64,000 nt of DNA from Malacoraja senta. Lineage: Eukaryota. Where the stretch lies: positions 16,432,001 to 16,496,000 of the forward strand of contig CM075990.1 in the NCBI GenBank assembly GCA_038087875.1, in the 5' to 3' direction. Below the pieces are notes generated by a model. It searched no databases, had not been told where the DNA came from, and saw nothing but the letters and a program-made list of their open reading frames with translations. The position numbers were made by a program, and so were the translations under genes. Below, piece by piece: positions 51,746-64,000 of this stretch. The first letter of the stretch is position 1. Every line of letters starts with the position of its first letter.

Positions 51746-53798
51746 TACCCAACAGCCTCAATGGTTTAATTTTTTCCTAATGGAGAATAACTGAATTTGT
51801 GACGAAGATAAATCTGCAACTTGATATTGATTTTACTTTAGACTTTAGCGATAGAGTGGAAACAGGGCAATCGGCTCATCAAGTCCGCGCCGACCAGCGA
51901 TCACCCCGTGCACTAGCACTATCCTACAGAATAGGGACAATTTTACAGAAGCCAAATTAACTCACAAACCCGCACGTCTTTGGAATGTGGGAGGAAACCG
52001 AAGTACCCAGGGAAAACCCACAGTCTCAGAGAGAACTTGCAAACTCTGTATAGACAGCACCCGTAGTCAGGATCGAATCAGGTTTCTGGCGCTGAAAGGC
52101 ATTAATTCTACCGATGTGCCATTGTGCCGCCCCTTTTGTTCATATCTTTTTGTTTAATAAATTTTATAAGTAGCTTCCAGCCGGGAAACTATTTAATTGT
52201 CGTTTAGAGTTGAGTAAGTCCATGTAATTAAACCAATAGGTGAAAAACAAAATGACATATTTCTGTTTGAACTCTTGAACTTCTGTTAGACCTGACCTGA
52301 AACTTCACATATCCATGTTCTCCAGAGAAGCTGACTGACCCGCTGAGTACTCCAGCACTTTGGGTCTGTTTTGGTAAGCAACATCCGCAGTTCCTTTGAC
52401 GAAATTTCACCAACACTACCCCGTGTCTAAGACAGCCAAGCTACTTTTGGAATCTAATTTCAAGTTGATGCTGGGATCGTGCCAGCATGGCTCCACATTT
52501 GGCAGATCAGCCCAATCGCTTTGGCAATGTTAGTCGTCTTAAGAGGCCCAGGAACAGAAGGAATTGAGCAGATGTAAGTTTTGATGTTTTTGTACTTTCC
52601 GTGCATCTCTGCTTGATGCAGATGCCAACCGCAAATTTTCCATAATGTCGGGCCCATCCATCGGTTTTTTTCCATTTTGGAAATGGACCTTTCCAATACC
52701 CACTCCATAAAAAATATATATATTTGCAAGTTCGGAGATGAGTCAACTTTTAACAAGTTAATTGACTGATTGAAATGTCACAAACAGGCACAAATTCTGG
52801 ATACATTTCATTCACTAACGGTATGAACATAGCAATATGAATAAACAATAGATATCAACCGTGTAATTGGGGCTAGCGTGAAATAGACAAATTCCTTTTA
52901 ATCTTTTGATCAGCACAAAATCATTAATTTCAACAAATTATCCTTTTATTATTTTATACTTTTCTTTGCTGCTGCTTGCATTATATAATACCTATGAAGG
53001 TAAAGAAATCCCCCAAATCTTGGACTCAACAGAAGACCTTTATTTGGACAAATTAAAAAAAAAATATTTCTTTACATGTCCGTACAGAATTCCCCCTCTA
53101 TGACTGACAGCAATCCATTAGACAGCAGCTAATATTCCTGAATATGTTCAGCATTGCGTACCACAGTCTAAAAGAATACACAATTGATATATGAAATTTT
53201 AGGTATTTTTAAACAAGGAAAATAAAACACCCATATTATTTTTTTGCTCACGATACAAGCCAAAGAGGATGATGTACTTCCTCCTGCAATGTACACTTGA
53301 CATACTTTCTTGCTAAAATTATCAAAGGCATGCCGTAAGCATGCTGGGATTTTGACTTTGATTTAAATCATTTAAGCAGAGATTATTCAAAAAATAATAG
53401 ATAACTGGTCTATTCCTTCAGAATATTTGCATTCCTCTTAATTTATATTGGTAACTATTCTTCAATAATAACAGCATAATATGTACTATATAGAATAGGT
53501 ATATATTGCCCTGGTTAACAGGTTCACACCATTACTCTCCCCTGAATTTCCACTTTAGGTTTGACTGCTCGCTTTGACAAGCATCTTACCATTCATACCC
53601 TCATTCTGATAAGCATGTTACTTCAGTCAATATTCACCGTCAGAATAATGGGCCATGTTATGCTGGATTTTTTACAGAAGTGTGGGGCTTATAGCATCAA
53701 GAACCCGTGGGAGGATTACAGTGGTGATGAGCCACAAAGCTCAGCCATCTCTCGAACTTAAAGACAGCCTTCACATTATCGTTGATCTTGAATTGTTA

Positions 53799-53941
53799 TC
53801 AATCATCATCTTCATCTGTTGAATCTAGGTACAAACCTACAGAATCGTGAATGAAGTTGTAGAGTTTAATGTTTGGTCTTGAAAAAGAACAGGTTCTGCA
53901 CACCTCACACCAATATCGTTCCAAAAGTTTGTATATTTGAC
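53799..53941 (-). CDS. PARG: Poly(ADP-ribose) glycohydrolase, last coding exon
   Basis: Acceptor ccttttcttttccag|; (G)QIYKLLERYWCEVCRTCSFSRPNIKLYNFIHDSVGLYLDSTDEDDD-TGA, matching the vertebrate PARG C-terminus (VYKLLLRY...CRNC..P.IKLY.FIY). Confidence 0.9.
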
Positions 53942-54397
53942 CTGGAAAAGAAAAGGTCAAGAAAAGTAGATTATTACTTGGTTCGGTTTTTTTTTAGATT
54001 TGAACAATTGTATCAGAATTTATTCTGCAAATTCCTTATAATATCTACTGCTCTAAATCGTCACGATGATTACAAGGCAGATATTTAAGGAGGCATAACA
54101 AAGAAGTTGCACTTTTACCATGTACTGAATTTAAACTCTTTATCACGGTGTTAAAGGGCCTGTTTGCATGCTGTATACCTTTGTTTGATTCATTGAAACA
54201 TACAGCATGAAAACAGGCCATTTGGCCCACTGAGTCTACGTCAACCACCAATCACCGATTCACATGTGTTCTATATTACCCCCCTTTCTCACCCACTCCC
54301 TACAACTAGGGGCAATTTACAGAGGCCAATTGACTGACAAACCCACATGTCTTTGGGACTATGACTTGACCTCTGAGTCCATGCAAAGGATCTATTA

Positions 54398-54649
<252 letters not shown>

Positions 54650-55339
54650 TCAGTGGCCCTGCTTCTGGTTGCTGAACAAAGAATCTAATCTTCAATGCAG
54701 ACTTCTCCAAATCATCACCCACTTGCTTTCAAATGCTGACTGACCCTTCTTGGACTTATATCAGACAGCATATTTAAATATACATTTTAAAGCTATTTTC
54801 TGTCTTGCATTTGACATTATCACTCAGGGTTTGCAGTAAATGTACTTTCAACACTTTCACTCTTTTTTAAAGTATAACAGCGCACCAGTTAATCCACGAG
54901 GTGTTTAAATATAACACTATCATTGTTCGGATCGGCAATTAAATAAATAGTGTCCCAAATATACTCATTATCAAGCAAAGTTTAGCACTATAATGAGTCC
55001 CCCGAGACCAGGGATGAACTCTGACATAACATTATTACTGTCAAACTGCACATACTGTATAATGAACATTGTATTTCCATTGATACTTCTAGGTGTTTGC
55101 TCCATGCGGGTATGACTTTGGCTTGACCTTCGGTTCCGAGCTTGCCAAACCTAAATGTCTTGCAAAGTGACGTGCTGCTGTTGTTTAATGAAAGTCAATG
55201 AACCAAAGACAATGTTCCTCTGCATGAATTTTCTGCATCTAAAAGTGAGCTATATTCATCTGTTATTTTAATGAATCTATTAATTCTTTACATAAGTCAT
55301 GGCTGTGACATTCGTTCTCACTAGGGGCGTGTGTGTGCA

Positions 55340-55632
55340 CGGTGGCGCAGCGGTAGAGTTGCTGCCTCACAGCGCCAGAGACCCAGGTTCGATCCCGACT
55401 ACATGTGCTGTCTGTACAGAGTTTGTACGTTCTCCCTGTGACCGCGTGGGTTTTCTCTGGGTGCCTCCCACATCTCCAAAGATGTACAGGTTTGTAGGTT
55501 AATTGGCTTCGGTAAAAATTGTAAATTGTCCCTAGTGTGTGTGTGTAAGATAGTGTTAGTGTACGAGGACCGCTGGTCGGCATGGTCACGATGGGCCAAA
55601 GGGCCTGTTTACACGTTGTATCTCTAAACTCC
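55340..55632 (+). mobile_element. Full-length tRNA-derived SINE (HE1-like) in PARG intron
   Basis: GGTGGCGCAGCGGTAGAG A box, GGTTCGATCC B box, tail tgtatctctaaact. Confidence 0.85.
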
Positions 55633-56036
55633 AAACACTGTGTAGGATTTATAAAGTAGATATTTTCAGGATGGCCTTAGAACATTGTAGTTCAAAAATA
55701 ACTCATGCAATGCTATTTTAGACAATAGACAATAAGTTCAGGAGTAGGCCCTTCGGGCCAGCACCGCCAATCAATGTGATCATGGCTGATCATCCACAAT
55801 CAGAACCCCATTCCTGCCTTCTCTCCATATCCCTTAACTCCGCTATCCCTAAGAGCTCTATCTAACACTCTCTTGAAAGCATCCAGAGAACCAGCCTCCA
55901 CCGCCCTCTGAGGCAAAAGAAAATAGACATTTTGTATGCAAGGTTTCCACAAAAAGAGGTGGGATGAATCACCAAAAGATCTTTGGATCATGGCACCTTA
56001 TATGAATGCATGTTTGTAAAAATGAACACTGGCTTA

Positions 56037-56147
<111 letters not shown>

Positions 56148-57502
56148 CTAGAAAACAGTTAAGAGCAAAGACAGAGGAAAATATTTAACCGGCAACATTA
56201 GCAAAGAAGAACATATGTTTTTAAACCGTTTTAATTTTGATAAGCCCAATGTAATGTTAAGAAAAATTCTGCAGTCTTTGTTTCGTATTTTGATAGTTTG
56301 CACATTTGTCGTAGATGTGGGGAGAACTTGGTTTGTAACATAGAGATTTCATTATATTATTAACAAGGACTGCTCTTTCTGCCTGCCACAGTGCAATCAA
56401 AATATTAATACATCGTTGGTGCTGGTTTCATTAGCCTTATATAGTGTTAATGTGCGGGGATCGCTGGTCGGCACGGACCCGGTGGGATGAAAGGGTCTGT
56501 TTCCGCGTTGTATCTCTAAACTAAACTACAGATGCCAACATTTGGCATACTTGGTTCCTGAATGGATTTTTATTCCAGAACCATTCATTTTCTTGTACTC
56601 TCAGGAAAGCACAGTAACTTTCTCATTTTACTTAGAGATTTTGTTGAGAGCATTGGGGATTATAGATTTTTGAGTAAACATTTACACAGCAGCACAGCTG
56701 CATTTCCAATGCTTGGAAGCACACTGGCTTTATGTGCAGATTTTACAACTCTCAAAGGGTTTCATCCTTACACTTCGTAAATTTGCTTTCTTTAGTTACA
56801 TTTTTAAATCCTCTTCTTGTAGTTTGTGATATTTTTCAACTTGTACTTCCACAACAACTTGGCTAATATATTGGCAATTCATCACCATGGGAGAAATAAC
56901 CCCAGCGTCCCAGTGGAAGGACATGGAGAAGAGTCACTGTCGGGAGATGCCTTTTTCACTTGCTTGCTGCATTATATATTCAGCATACAGGATGGACACA
57001 ACATACTGGAGTAACTCAGCGGGTCAGGCAGCTTCTCTGGAGAAAAGGAATAGGTGACGTTTCGGGTGGAAACCCTTCTTCAGACAGTCTTCAGGGGAGA
57101 GGGAAACTAGAGGTATTAAAAGGCTCAGAACAAATCACATGCTGGCACCAATGGCCAAGGAAAGATGGAGCCCACAATGGTCCATTGTTGGCTGTGGAAT
57201 AGGTGACAACGAAGGGATATATGGATGCAAACAGTGGAACTAACAAGATGACTAAGGTGGTGGAGGGGCAGAGAGAGAGATAATGCAAGGGTTACTTGAA
57301 ATGAGAGAAATCAATATTCATACTGCTGGGTTATATGCTGTCCAAGTGAAATATGAGGTGCTGTTCTTCCATTTGCATGTGGCTTCACTCTGACAGTGGA
57401 GGAGACCCAGGACAGAAAGGTCAGTATGGGAATGGGAGTTAAAATGTTTGGCAAACAAATGGATTGAAAAACCTGCTCTCCTTAGCATGTGGACATAATG
57501 TG

Positions 57503-58138
57503 AAACATAGAAACATAGAAATTAGGTGCAGGAGTAGGCCATTCGGCCCTTCGAGCCTGCACCGCCATTCAATATGATCATGGCTGATCATCCAACTCAG
57601 TATCCCGTACCTGCCTTCTCTCCATACCCTCTGATTCCTTTAGCCACAAGGGCCACATCTAGCTCCCTCTTAAATATAGCCAATGAACTGGCCTCGACTA
57701 CCCTCTGTGGCAGAGAGTTCCAGAGATTCACCACTCTCTGTGTGAAAAAAGTTCTTCTCATCTCGGTTTTAAAGGATTTCCCCCTTATCCTTAAGCTGTG
57801 ACCCCTTGTCTTGGACTTCCCCAATATCGGGAGCAATCTTCCTGCATCTAGCCTGTCCAACCCCTTAAGAATTTTGTAAGTTTCTATAAGATCCCCTCTC
57901 AATCTCCTAAATTCTAGAGAGTATAAACCAAGTCTATCCAGTCTTTCTTCATAAGACAGTCCTGACATCCCAGGAATCAGTCTGGTGAACCTTCTCTGCA
58001 CTCCCTCTAGGGCAATAATGTCCTTCCTCAGATTTGGAGACCAAAACTGTACGCAATACTCCAGGTGTGGTCTCACCAAGACCCTGTACAACTGCAGTAG
58101 AACCTCCCTGTTCCTATACTCAAATCCTTTTGCTATGA
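57503..58138 (-). mobile_element. CR1 LINE 3' portion, young (164-aa open frame)
   Basis: LYRVLVRPHLEYCVQFWSP...LEGVQRRFTRLIPG...FFTQRVVNLWNSLP; (TTTCTATG)n tail. Confidence 0.92.
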
Positions 58139-58607
58139 AGGTGGAGGTGGAGAAAGGTAATTAGATTCATAGAGTGAAATAGACGGAGCTCATTCAATCT
58201 CAAACAGTGCACTTTTTCTAAAAAATATATCAAAACAATCAACTCCTGGAGAATCTATACATTAGATAGTGAACAGCTCATTGATTTTTTTGTGATAGCT
58301 ATGTGGTTTTCCATGTTATTGTTTCCTCTGTACTATCATTAAACATTTAAACACGGCCTGATAGCCCCCATGTTAGAGCTTGCACCATTAAAAACACAAA
58401 TTTAATTCCACCTATCATTTTACTTCAACCTTATTGCGTAGCATGCATCACTGACATTTGATAAGAAATTGAATTACATAACATTGCAATATCACATATA
58501 TTGAAATTAAATTTATAAAGTGCCTTTCAAATCAGGTTGGACTTTCAAAGTGCAATCTTCACCCTTATGAGGGAAACCATGATGGTTAGTTACTATATAC
58601 TGAACAC

Positions 58608-58899
58608 CACAGCCCCACCCGGCTCGGACCTGCCCCGCAAAGAGTGGGTTGCCCTGAACCGGCTCCATACAGGGGTCGGCCGGTTCAGCCCCAACATGCA
58701 TCGCTGGGGGCTGCGTTCATCATCAGCCTGCATTTGTGGAGCAGAGCAGCAAACAGCGCAGCACGTCATTATCGACTGCGCTGTCCTCCGCCCCCCTGGT
58801 GGAGGGGTAGACCTCATGGCCCTCGACAACAGCACATTGAACTGGTTACAGCGCCTGGAGGGTGTTACATAACCTCTGCTGCCTCAAACGCAAGAAGAA
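58608..58899 (+). mobile_element. LINE 3' end with CCHC zinc knuckle and (AAG)n tail (possibly RTE-group)
   Basis: PPGSDLPRKEWVALNRLHTGVGRF...WG...SSACICGAEQQTAQHVIIDC; ends CAAACGCAAGAAGAA. Confidence 0.7.
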
Positions 58900-58974
58900 T
58901 ATACAGCATATAGTTAGTTAGTTTCTATAGCTATATATTGAGGTATATGTCAATGGAGATCTGTTTTAATGGTA

Positions 58975-59720
58975 GTAATGGCTGCCTCGCAACAGTCTGT
59001 CTGTCCCTTCCTTCTTTGTTTTTTTTTATTGTATGTGTTAAATGTATGTTTTTAGTGTTCTTTAGCTTGTTTTATGTGGGGTGTGGAGAACTTTAAAAAA
59101 ATCTCTTACCTACATGGAGATGCGATTTTTTTCCGTATCATATCTCCATCCGCACTACGGCCTAACATCGAAGAGTTGGCGGCCTTTGCTGGAGACCGAC
59201 TTTGGGAGCTCCAACCGCGGGAGCCTGCGGGACTTGCCATCACGGAGCTTGCGATCCCTGTCGGGGATCGACCTTGGAGCTCCAACTGCGGGAACTTGCG
59301 GACTTAACATCATGGGGCTTGCGACCCCTTTGCCAGGGATCGACCTCAGAACTCCAACCACGGGAGCCTGCGGGACTTATCATGGTGGAGCTCGCGGTCC
59401 CTGGTTAGAGACCGACTTCGGGAGCTCCAAGCCACAGGAGCTACGACCGCCCCGAGTCGGGAGCTTTGATCACCCCGACACGGGAGCTTCGATCTTCCTG
59501 ACTGCGGATGGTTCGACTGCCCCAACCGCGGGAGAAAAATGAGGGAAGAAGATTAGACTTCATTGCCTTCCATTCCATGAGGAATGTGGGGAATTCGCTG
59601 TGGTGGGTGTTTATGTTAACTTTTATGTAGTTGTGTGTCTTGTTGCTATTTTTTAGTATGGTAATACGAATATCACTGTGCCTTAATTGGTACACGTGAC
59701 TATAAAAGTCCTTTGAAACC
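58975..59720 (+). mobile_element. GC-rich non-coding retroelement (same family as 19640-20380)
   Basis: Shared head and internal GGAGCTCCAACCGCGGGAG repeats. Confidence 0.6.
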
Positions 59721-61860
59721 TAATTGAAGAATAAATATATACTGGGATACAGGGAAAGTCCCATTCTTAATCTAAAATCTGGCATCTTTAACAGTGCAGT
59801 ATCTCCTCTGTATTGCACTGAAGTGTCAACAATAGCAGTTTCAGTTGTTGGTTGTAAATAATATGTCTGAAGTTGACAGAAATTCTGTACGAAAACATAT
59901 TGTTCTTGAATTTTGTAACAGGAAAGCATTGCAAATATTTCAATTGGTACATTTTGATTGAGTTATTAATCAGAATTCTCATTCACTGTTAAAGTGAACA
60001 TAAAATAAGTCCCATATTTGATTAAGGATGAATAACAGAACAATATCTATTGCAAGCAGCAGAGATCCATTGGTTAGTTAACTTGTTTTTGTTTGTGGGA
60101 CCTCTCCATTGGCTCCTCTTTGTCCATATTTTATTCGTGGGCTATGCGGCACTTTGAACACTTCCCAGAAGCTCTCCAATATGTTGGTTTCTTTTTTTAA
60201 TTCTATATAATTTTTTAACCAAGTTTGCAAATGAAATGTACAGACAGAGAGGATCTTTGATGGGGGAAAACTCAGGAATCTAACTGATGGTGGAGAAAAG
60301 TGATAGACGCCAGGATGAGTAAGAGACCCTCACAGATGATCCATATTATCAGAGCCCCGAAATCAGATTTACTTACATTTTCTAAAAATAATTAATATCA
60401 ATGGTTTTCACTACATGATGCAAAGAACAGATTAAAAGTCGCAAAATTTAAAATTGGAGAATCTCATTATTTACAAAGAGAAAGCCTTGAAGATTACATT
60501 TACAGCAAAATAAGCAATATTTTATCACTGCATTGTCCAAAATTACACCTAAACAAGACTTCATTAACTCACATGCTTTTGATTTTTAGCATGTTCTTGA
60601 AACCTTTAGCAAGACAATCTGGACTGCTGGATTCATTCAGCTGAATTAAAGCATTTTCAAAATATTTTTTTCCATCACTGAAATAAACATACATTTTACT
60701 CACTTTGCATAATTTAAATATCATGCATTATTCAACGCTTGTGCAAAAACTGCATAGAAATCCAATAAACTACACAAGCAACAATAGATCATCTTGCAGT
60801 GGGAGTATCATTTTATTGTGATATGTAGGTGTAATGCAATCTATTTTATGCCAGGCTTATCTCTCGCTAAAATTAGTTGTCATATTTGTTCCACTGCATA
60901 TGTACAATGTTGTAATAGGTTAACATCAGTGTGTGCCCCAGTCTGACTCAATTACCAAAGAGATATGTGTGAGCTTAATAGCCAGCTGAACAGGGCGTTG
61001 TGTGCTGCGGCAATATCTCACAGGAGTAATTCAATCCAGGTAAGCTACATTGCCCTTTGGTTAGAGTAACAGCAGTCACTAAATCATAGCATTTTCTAAA
61101 CCTATGCAAAATTAGGGTTATAGGCAATACAAATAGCACATTGTTAAATACATTGTGCTAACATTAGCGCTAATTTTGGTGTTAACAAGATTATGGAAAT
61201 ACAAACTTCAAATGAATATTAAATATTAAAATAGAACAATACAATGAAATATATTTTTGGTGGCAGTAAAACACAGGAAACATTTAAGTTGGTTAGCCTA
61301 CAGTTGGTATTATCTGTGAACAAAAAAGACTGATTATGGTGAATACCAAAAGATTGAGAGTAAGGGGTGACTTTAGAGATATAGTGCAGAAACAAGACGT
61401 TCAGCCCACCGAGTCCGCGCCTACCAGCGGTCACCCGTACACTAGCATTATCCTACGCACTGGAGACAATTTTACAATATATAGCAGCTGATTAACCTAC
61501 AAACCTGTACATCTTTGGAGTGTGGGAGGAAATTGGAGTACCTGGAGAAAACCCAATCGGTCACAGGGAGAACATACAAACTCCATACTGACAGCACTCG
61601 TAGTCAGGATTGAACTCGGGCCACTGGCGCTGTGAGGCAGCAACTCTACCGCTGCAGCACTATGCCGCCCCTTTGCCGGGTGCTGAAGAGAGAGGTGAGG
61701 GGAGCATGAAAGAGAAGAGGAAGAGTGGGAGAGAGTATGATTTCTTCTGTGCAGAGAAGGAATAACAAGGAGTTGAAGCCAGCAAAGTTTAGCCATGTTC
61801 TTATTGAATAGCAGGGCAGGCTCTGGGCCGAGTGGCCTGTTCCTATATTCCTTTGTCCTT

Positions 61861-61998
61861 TTTCTTCTTGCATATGGCGTGCACAGCCTAAAGTTGAAGG
61901 ACAACTTGTTCTATTTGATCTTATTTGATCGTGCACACCAGGTTGATTGCATTCGTCGAAACAGGGCGGACCACATGGAGGTTGCAATCTCCCACCCC
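61861..61998 (-). mobile_element. ~140-bp SINE-like retroelement with 5' HDV-like ribozyme, copy 2
   Basis: Perfect 10-bp TSD CTTTGTCCTT at 61851-61860 and 61999-62008; (AAG)n tail. Confidence 0.85.
61945..61998 (-). ncRNA. Minimal HDV/CPEB3-like self-cleaving ribozyme (predicted)
   Basis: GGGGUGG-GA-GAUUGCA-ACC-UCCAUGU-GGU-CCGCCCU-GU-UUCGA-CGAA-UGCAAUC; canonical G1-U wobble; catalytic C equivalent at 61955. Confidence 0.78.
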
Positions 61999-64000
61999 CT
62001 TTGTCCTTCTAATGAAATCAAAACAATAACAATTACGGATATTTTGGAAATGATCACTTAAAATATGATGCATTTTGATGGTACTTAATCTGATGCTTAT
62101 TAGTTGATGATTGTTGTGTGGTATTTATATTAGTCAGTTGATGTGAGATCTGGAATATTGTTCATAGGTTTGCGCGTGTAAGGAGGCACAATATGCAGCC
62201 ATACCGGGTAAAACAGAATAATTTCACTGCCAAGGTATTCTCGTGCTATCACAAGCCCCATTGGATTCTCCTGTTCTATTTTTGCTAATAAATACAAAGA
62301 CATTAACTGATGACAGACTCATAAAGCTGTAGACATTAACTGATGCTGGTTTAAGCCTTTAAATATAGAATAAATGTTTTGCTAAGAGTTCTGTTTGCAG
62401 TAGCCATATCTTTCATTTACAACAGACATTTTTATTCTGCTCCTTCAAACTACCATCCCATTCTCTCTTTCCATTCTGAGCTTTTTGAACTGAAATTCTG
62501 TTGGATTTGATCATCTCCAGAATATCAGCGCCTGAGAAAGTATTTCATTTTAACAGGCACCTGATTACACTTCACGGAAGTGACTGCGTTTCAGAAAAAA
62601 AGTGTTAATCTAGTAATCTGTTGATCTAATGATATCTAGCCAACCTAACGTGGCAGACTTTTTGCACTAACCAAGTTTTCACTGCAATTAAAGTTGAACT
62701 TCTGTAGTGTACTTTGCAGGGTGACTGCTGCACCACACCAGCAAACCTGCAACACCTGAATGAAGAAATGGGTCTCAGTTTTAATGTCTTATCCGTAGAA
62801 CAGGAATTGTGCGAGGCAGTTTGACTGCTTTCTCAAAATATTTCTAAGTGGAGTAACTTTGGAGCATTGTGGATGTCGCCATATAAAAAGGAGCCATTTT
62901 AGATAAGAAAACCATCTTCCAGCAATAAAATTCAACTAATTTGTGCAGCAGTTAGAAAACCTAATATTTTATAAATGAGGTGATTGACAATTGTTGATCA
63001 GTTGAACATAAGAACATTCAGCTGTTGAGACAGTTATGGGTGCTTACGCATCATTTCTTGCTAATTCAAATTAAGGTATTAGCTGATGCGTTAAATTAGG
63101 TATGGTATTTCAGACAATGCACGTTTCATAATAATGCAGAATATAACGACATCTGAAGTTGTATCAGCCGCCGCAGCTGAAATTCAGCACTGCTGAGGGG
63201 GAGGTCAGAGCTTTACATCTATGATTTGTGCACAAGGGACATAACCTATTGCCAAACACACTATAAGAAATTAAAAACATTACTTTGACCAAACATTGGC
63301 CTTTTTGACTGGTAGAGTTACAGCTGAAATGAATTAATGGCTGCAGAGCAGCCAAACCGAGACTGCCGAGTTCCAATGTTCTGAAAAATTGTGATGATTT
63401 ACTAAACTCAGCTTTGCATTAATGGAATGCAAATTCTTCAGACTCAGCACTTTCCCGAACTTGATGAATTACTGACAAATAATTTATAAAATTGTGAACA
63501 AATCCGAGATACTAGAAGCATTCATCTATTTGCAAATGAAACTTCGTCATTCATAAACCTATCTTAATACAGATGAAAATACTCGTTATATGATTGAACA
63601 ATTTGTCAACAAAAAAAAGTGGTGGGGCTGCCAATACAGTTTTCCAATTAAACTGCCACTAAACTCTACTACATTCATTTATTGTGCATCTGGACCGTAG
63701 GCATTTTCACCAATAAGGAGTGTGATATTTCTCCTCGTTATTTGAACAAACTGCCAAGTCTCCAGAAATTACAACCTGAAATTAAAAAAAATATTTGGTA
63801 GGTCCCATGCACGTTGGAACTTTATTTATTTTTTACTAGATATTCAGTTTGGGACATTCAGCAATTTGTAATGGCAAAGATTTCTACTTCAGAGAAATAA
63901 ATGTTTTAGATATAATCTGAACAAAGGTAAAATTCCTTATGTATTAAACAAATGTACCCACTATTAACATCTAAGCTACCACACATGGTTAATTTAGCAG

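Noticed and set aside
52460..52756. 98-aa minus-strand ORF downstream of PARG
   Set aside because: No recognisable family; probably 3' flank.
55340..55420. tRNA-like A/B boxes
   Set aside because: Heads of SINEs continuing into the SINE core; no complete cloverleaf.
56148..64000. Next upstream PARG exon (IVAIDAL...RELNK)
   Set aside because: Not found on manual reading; probably beyond the window's right edge.

Overview
Repeat-rich vertebrate genomic DNA, almost certainly from a cartilaginous fish (skate/ray-like repeat content: HE1-type tRNA SINEs, CR1, L2, Rex/Babar, Penelope), with two 200-N gaps. On the minus strand lie the last three coding exons of PARG (56147-53799) and the first coding exon of a 2-oxoglutarate dehydrogenase E1 gene (12768-12571; OGDHL by PARG synteny). 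Two things are not evident from the ORF track. (1) A complete 4-exon, phase-0, 4-cysteine type I interferon gene on the + strand (1136-6346), apparently nested antisense in an OGDHL intron, with a 1-nt frameshift in an A-run in exon 3. (2) A ~140-bp TSD-flanked SINE-like retroelement (two copies, 5631-5768 and 61861-61998) whose 5' 54 nt fold by eye into a minimal HDV/CPEB3-like ribozyme and whose (AAG)n tail matches a LINE 3' end in the same window. Abundant Penelope-derived short repeats carry hammerhead-like cores. Repeat boundaries are approximate, and all family calls are by motif recognition rather than database search.
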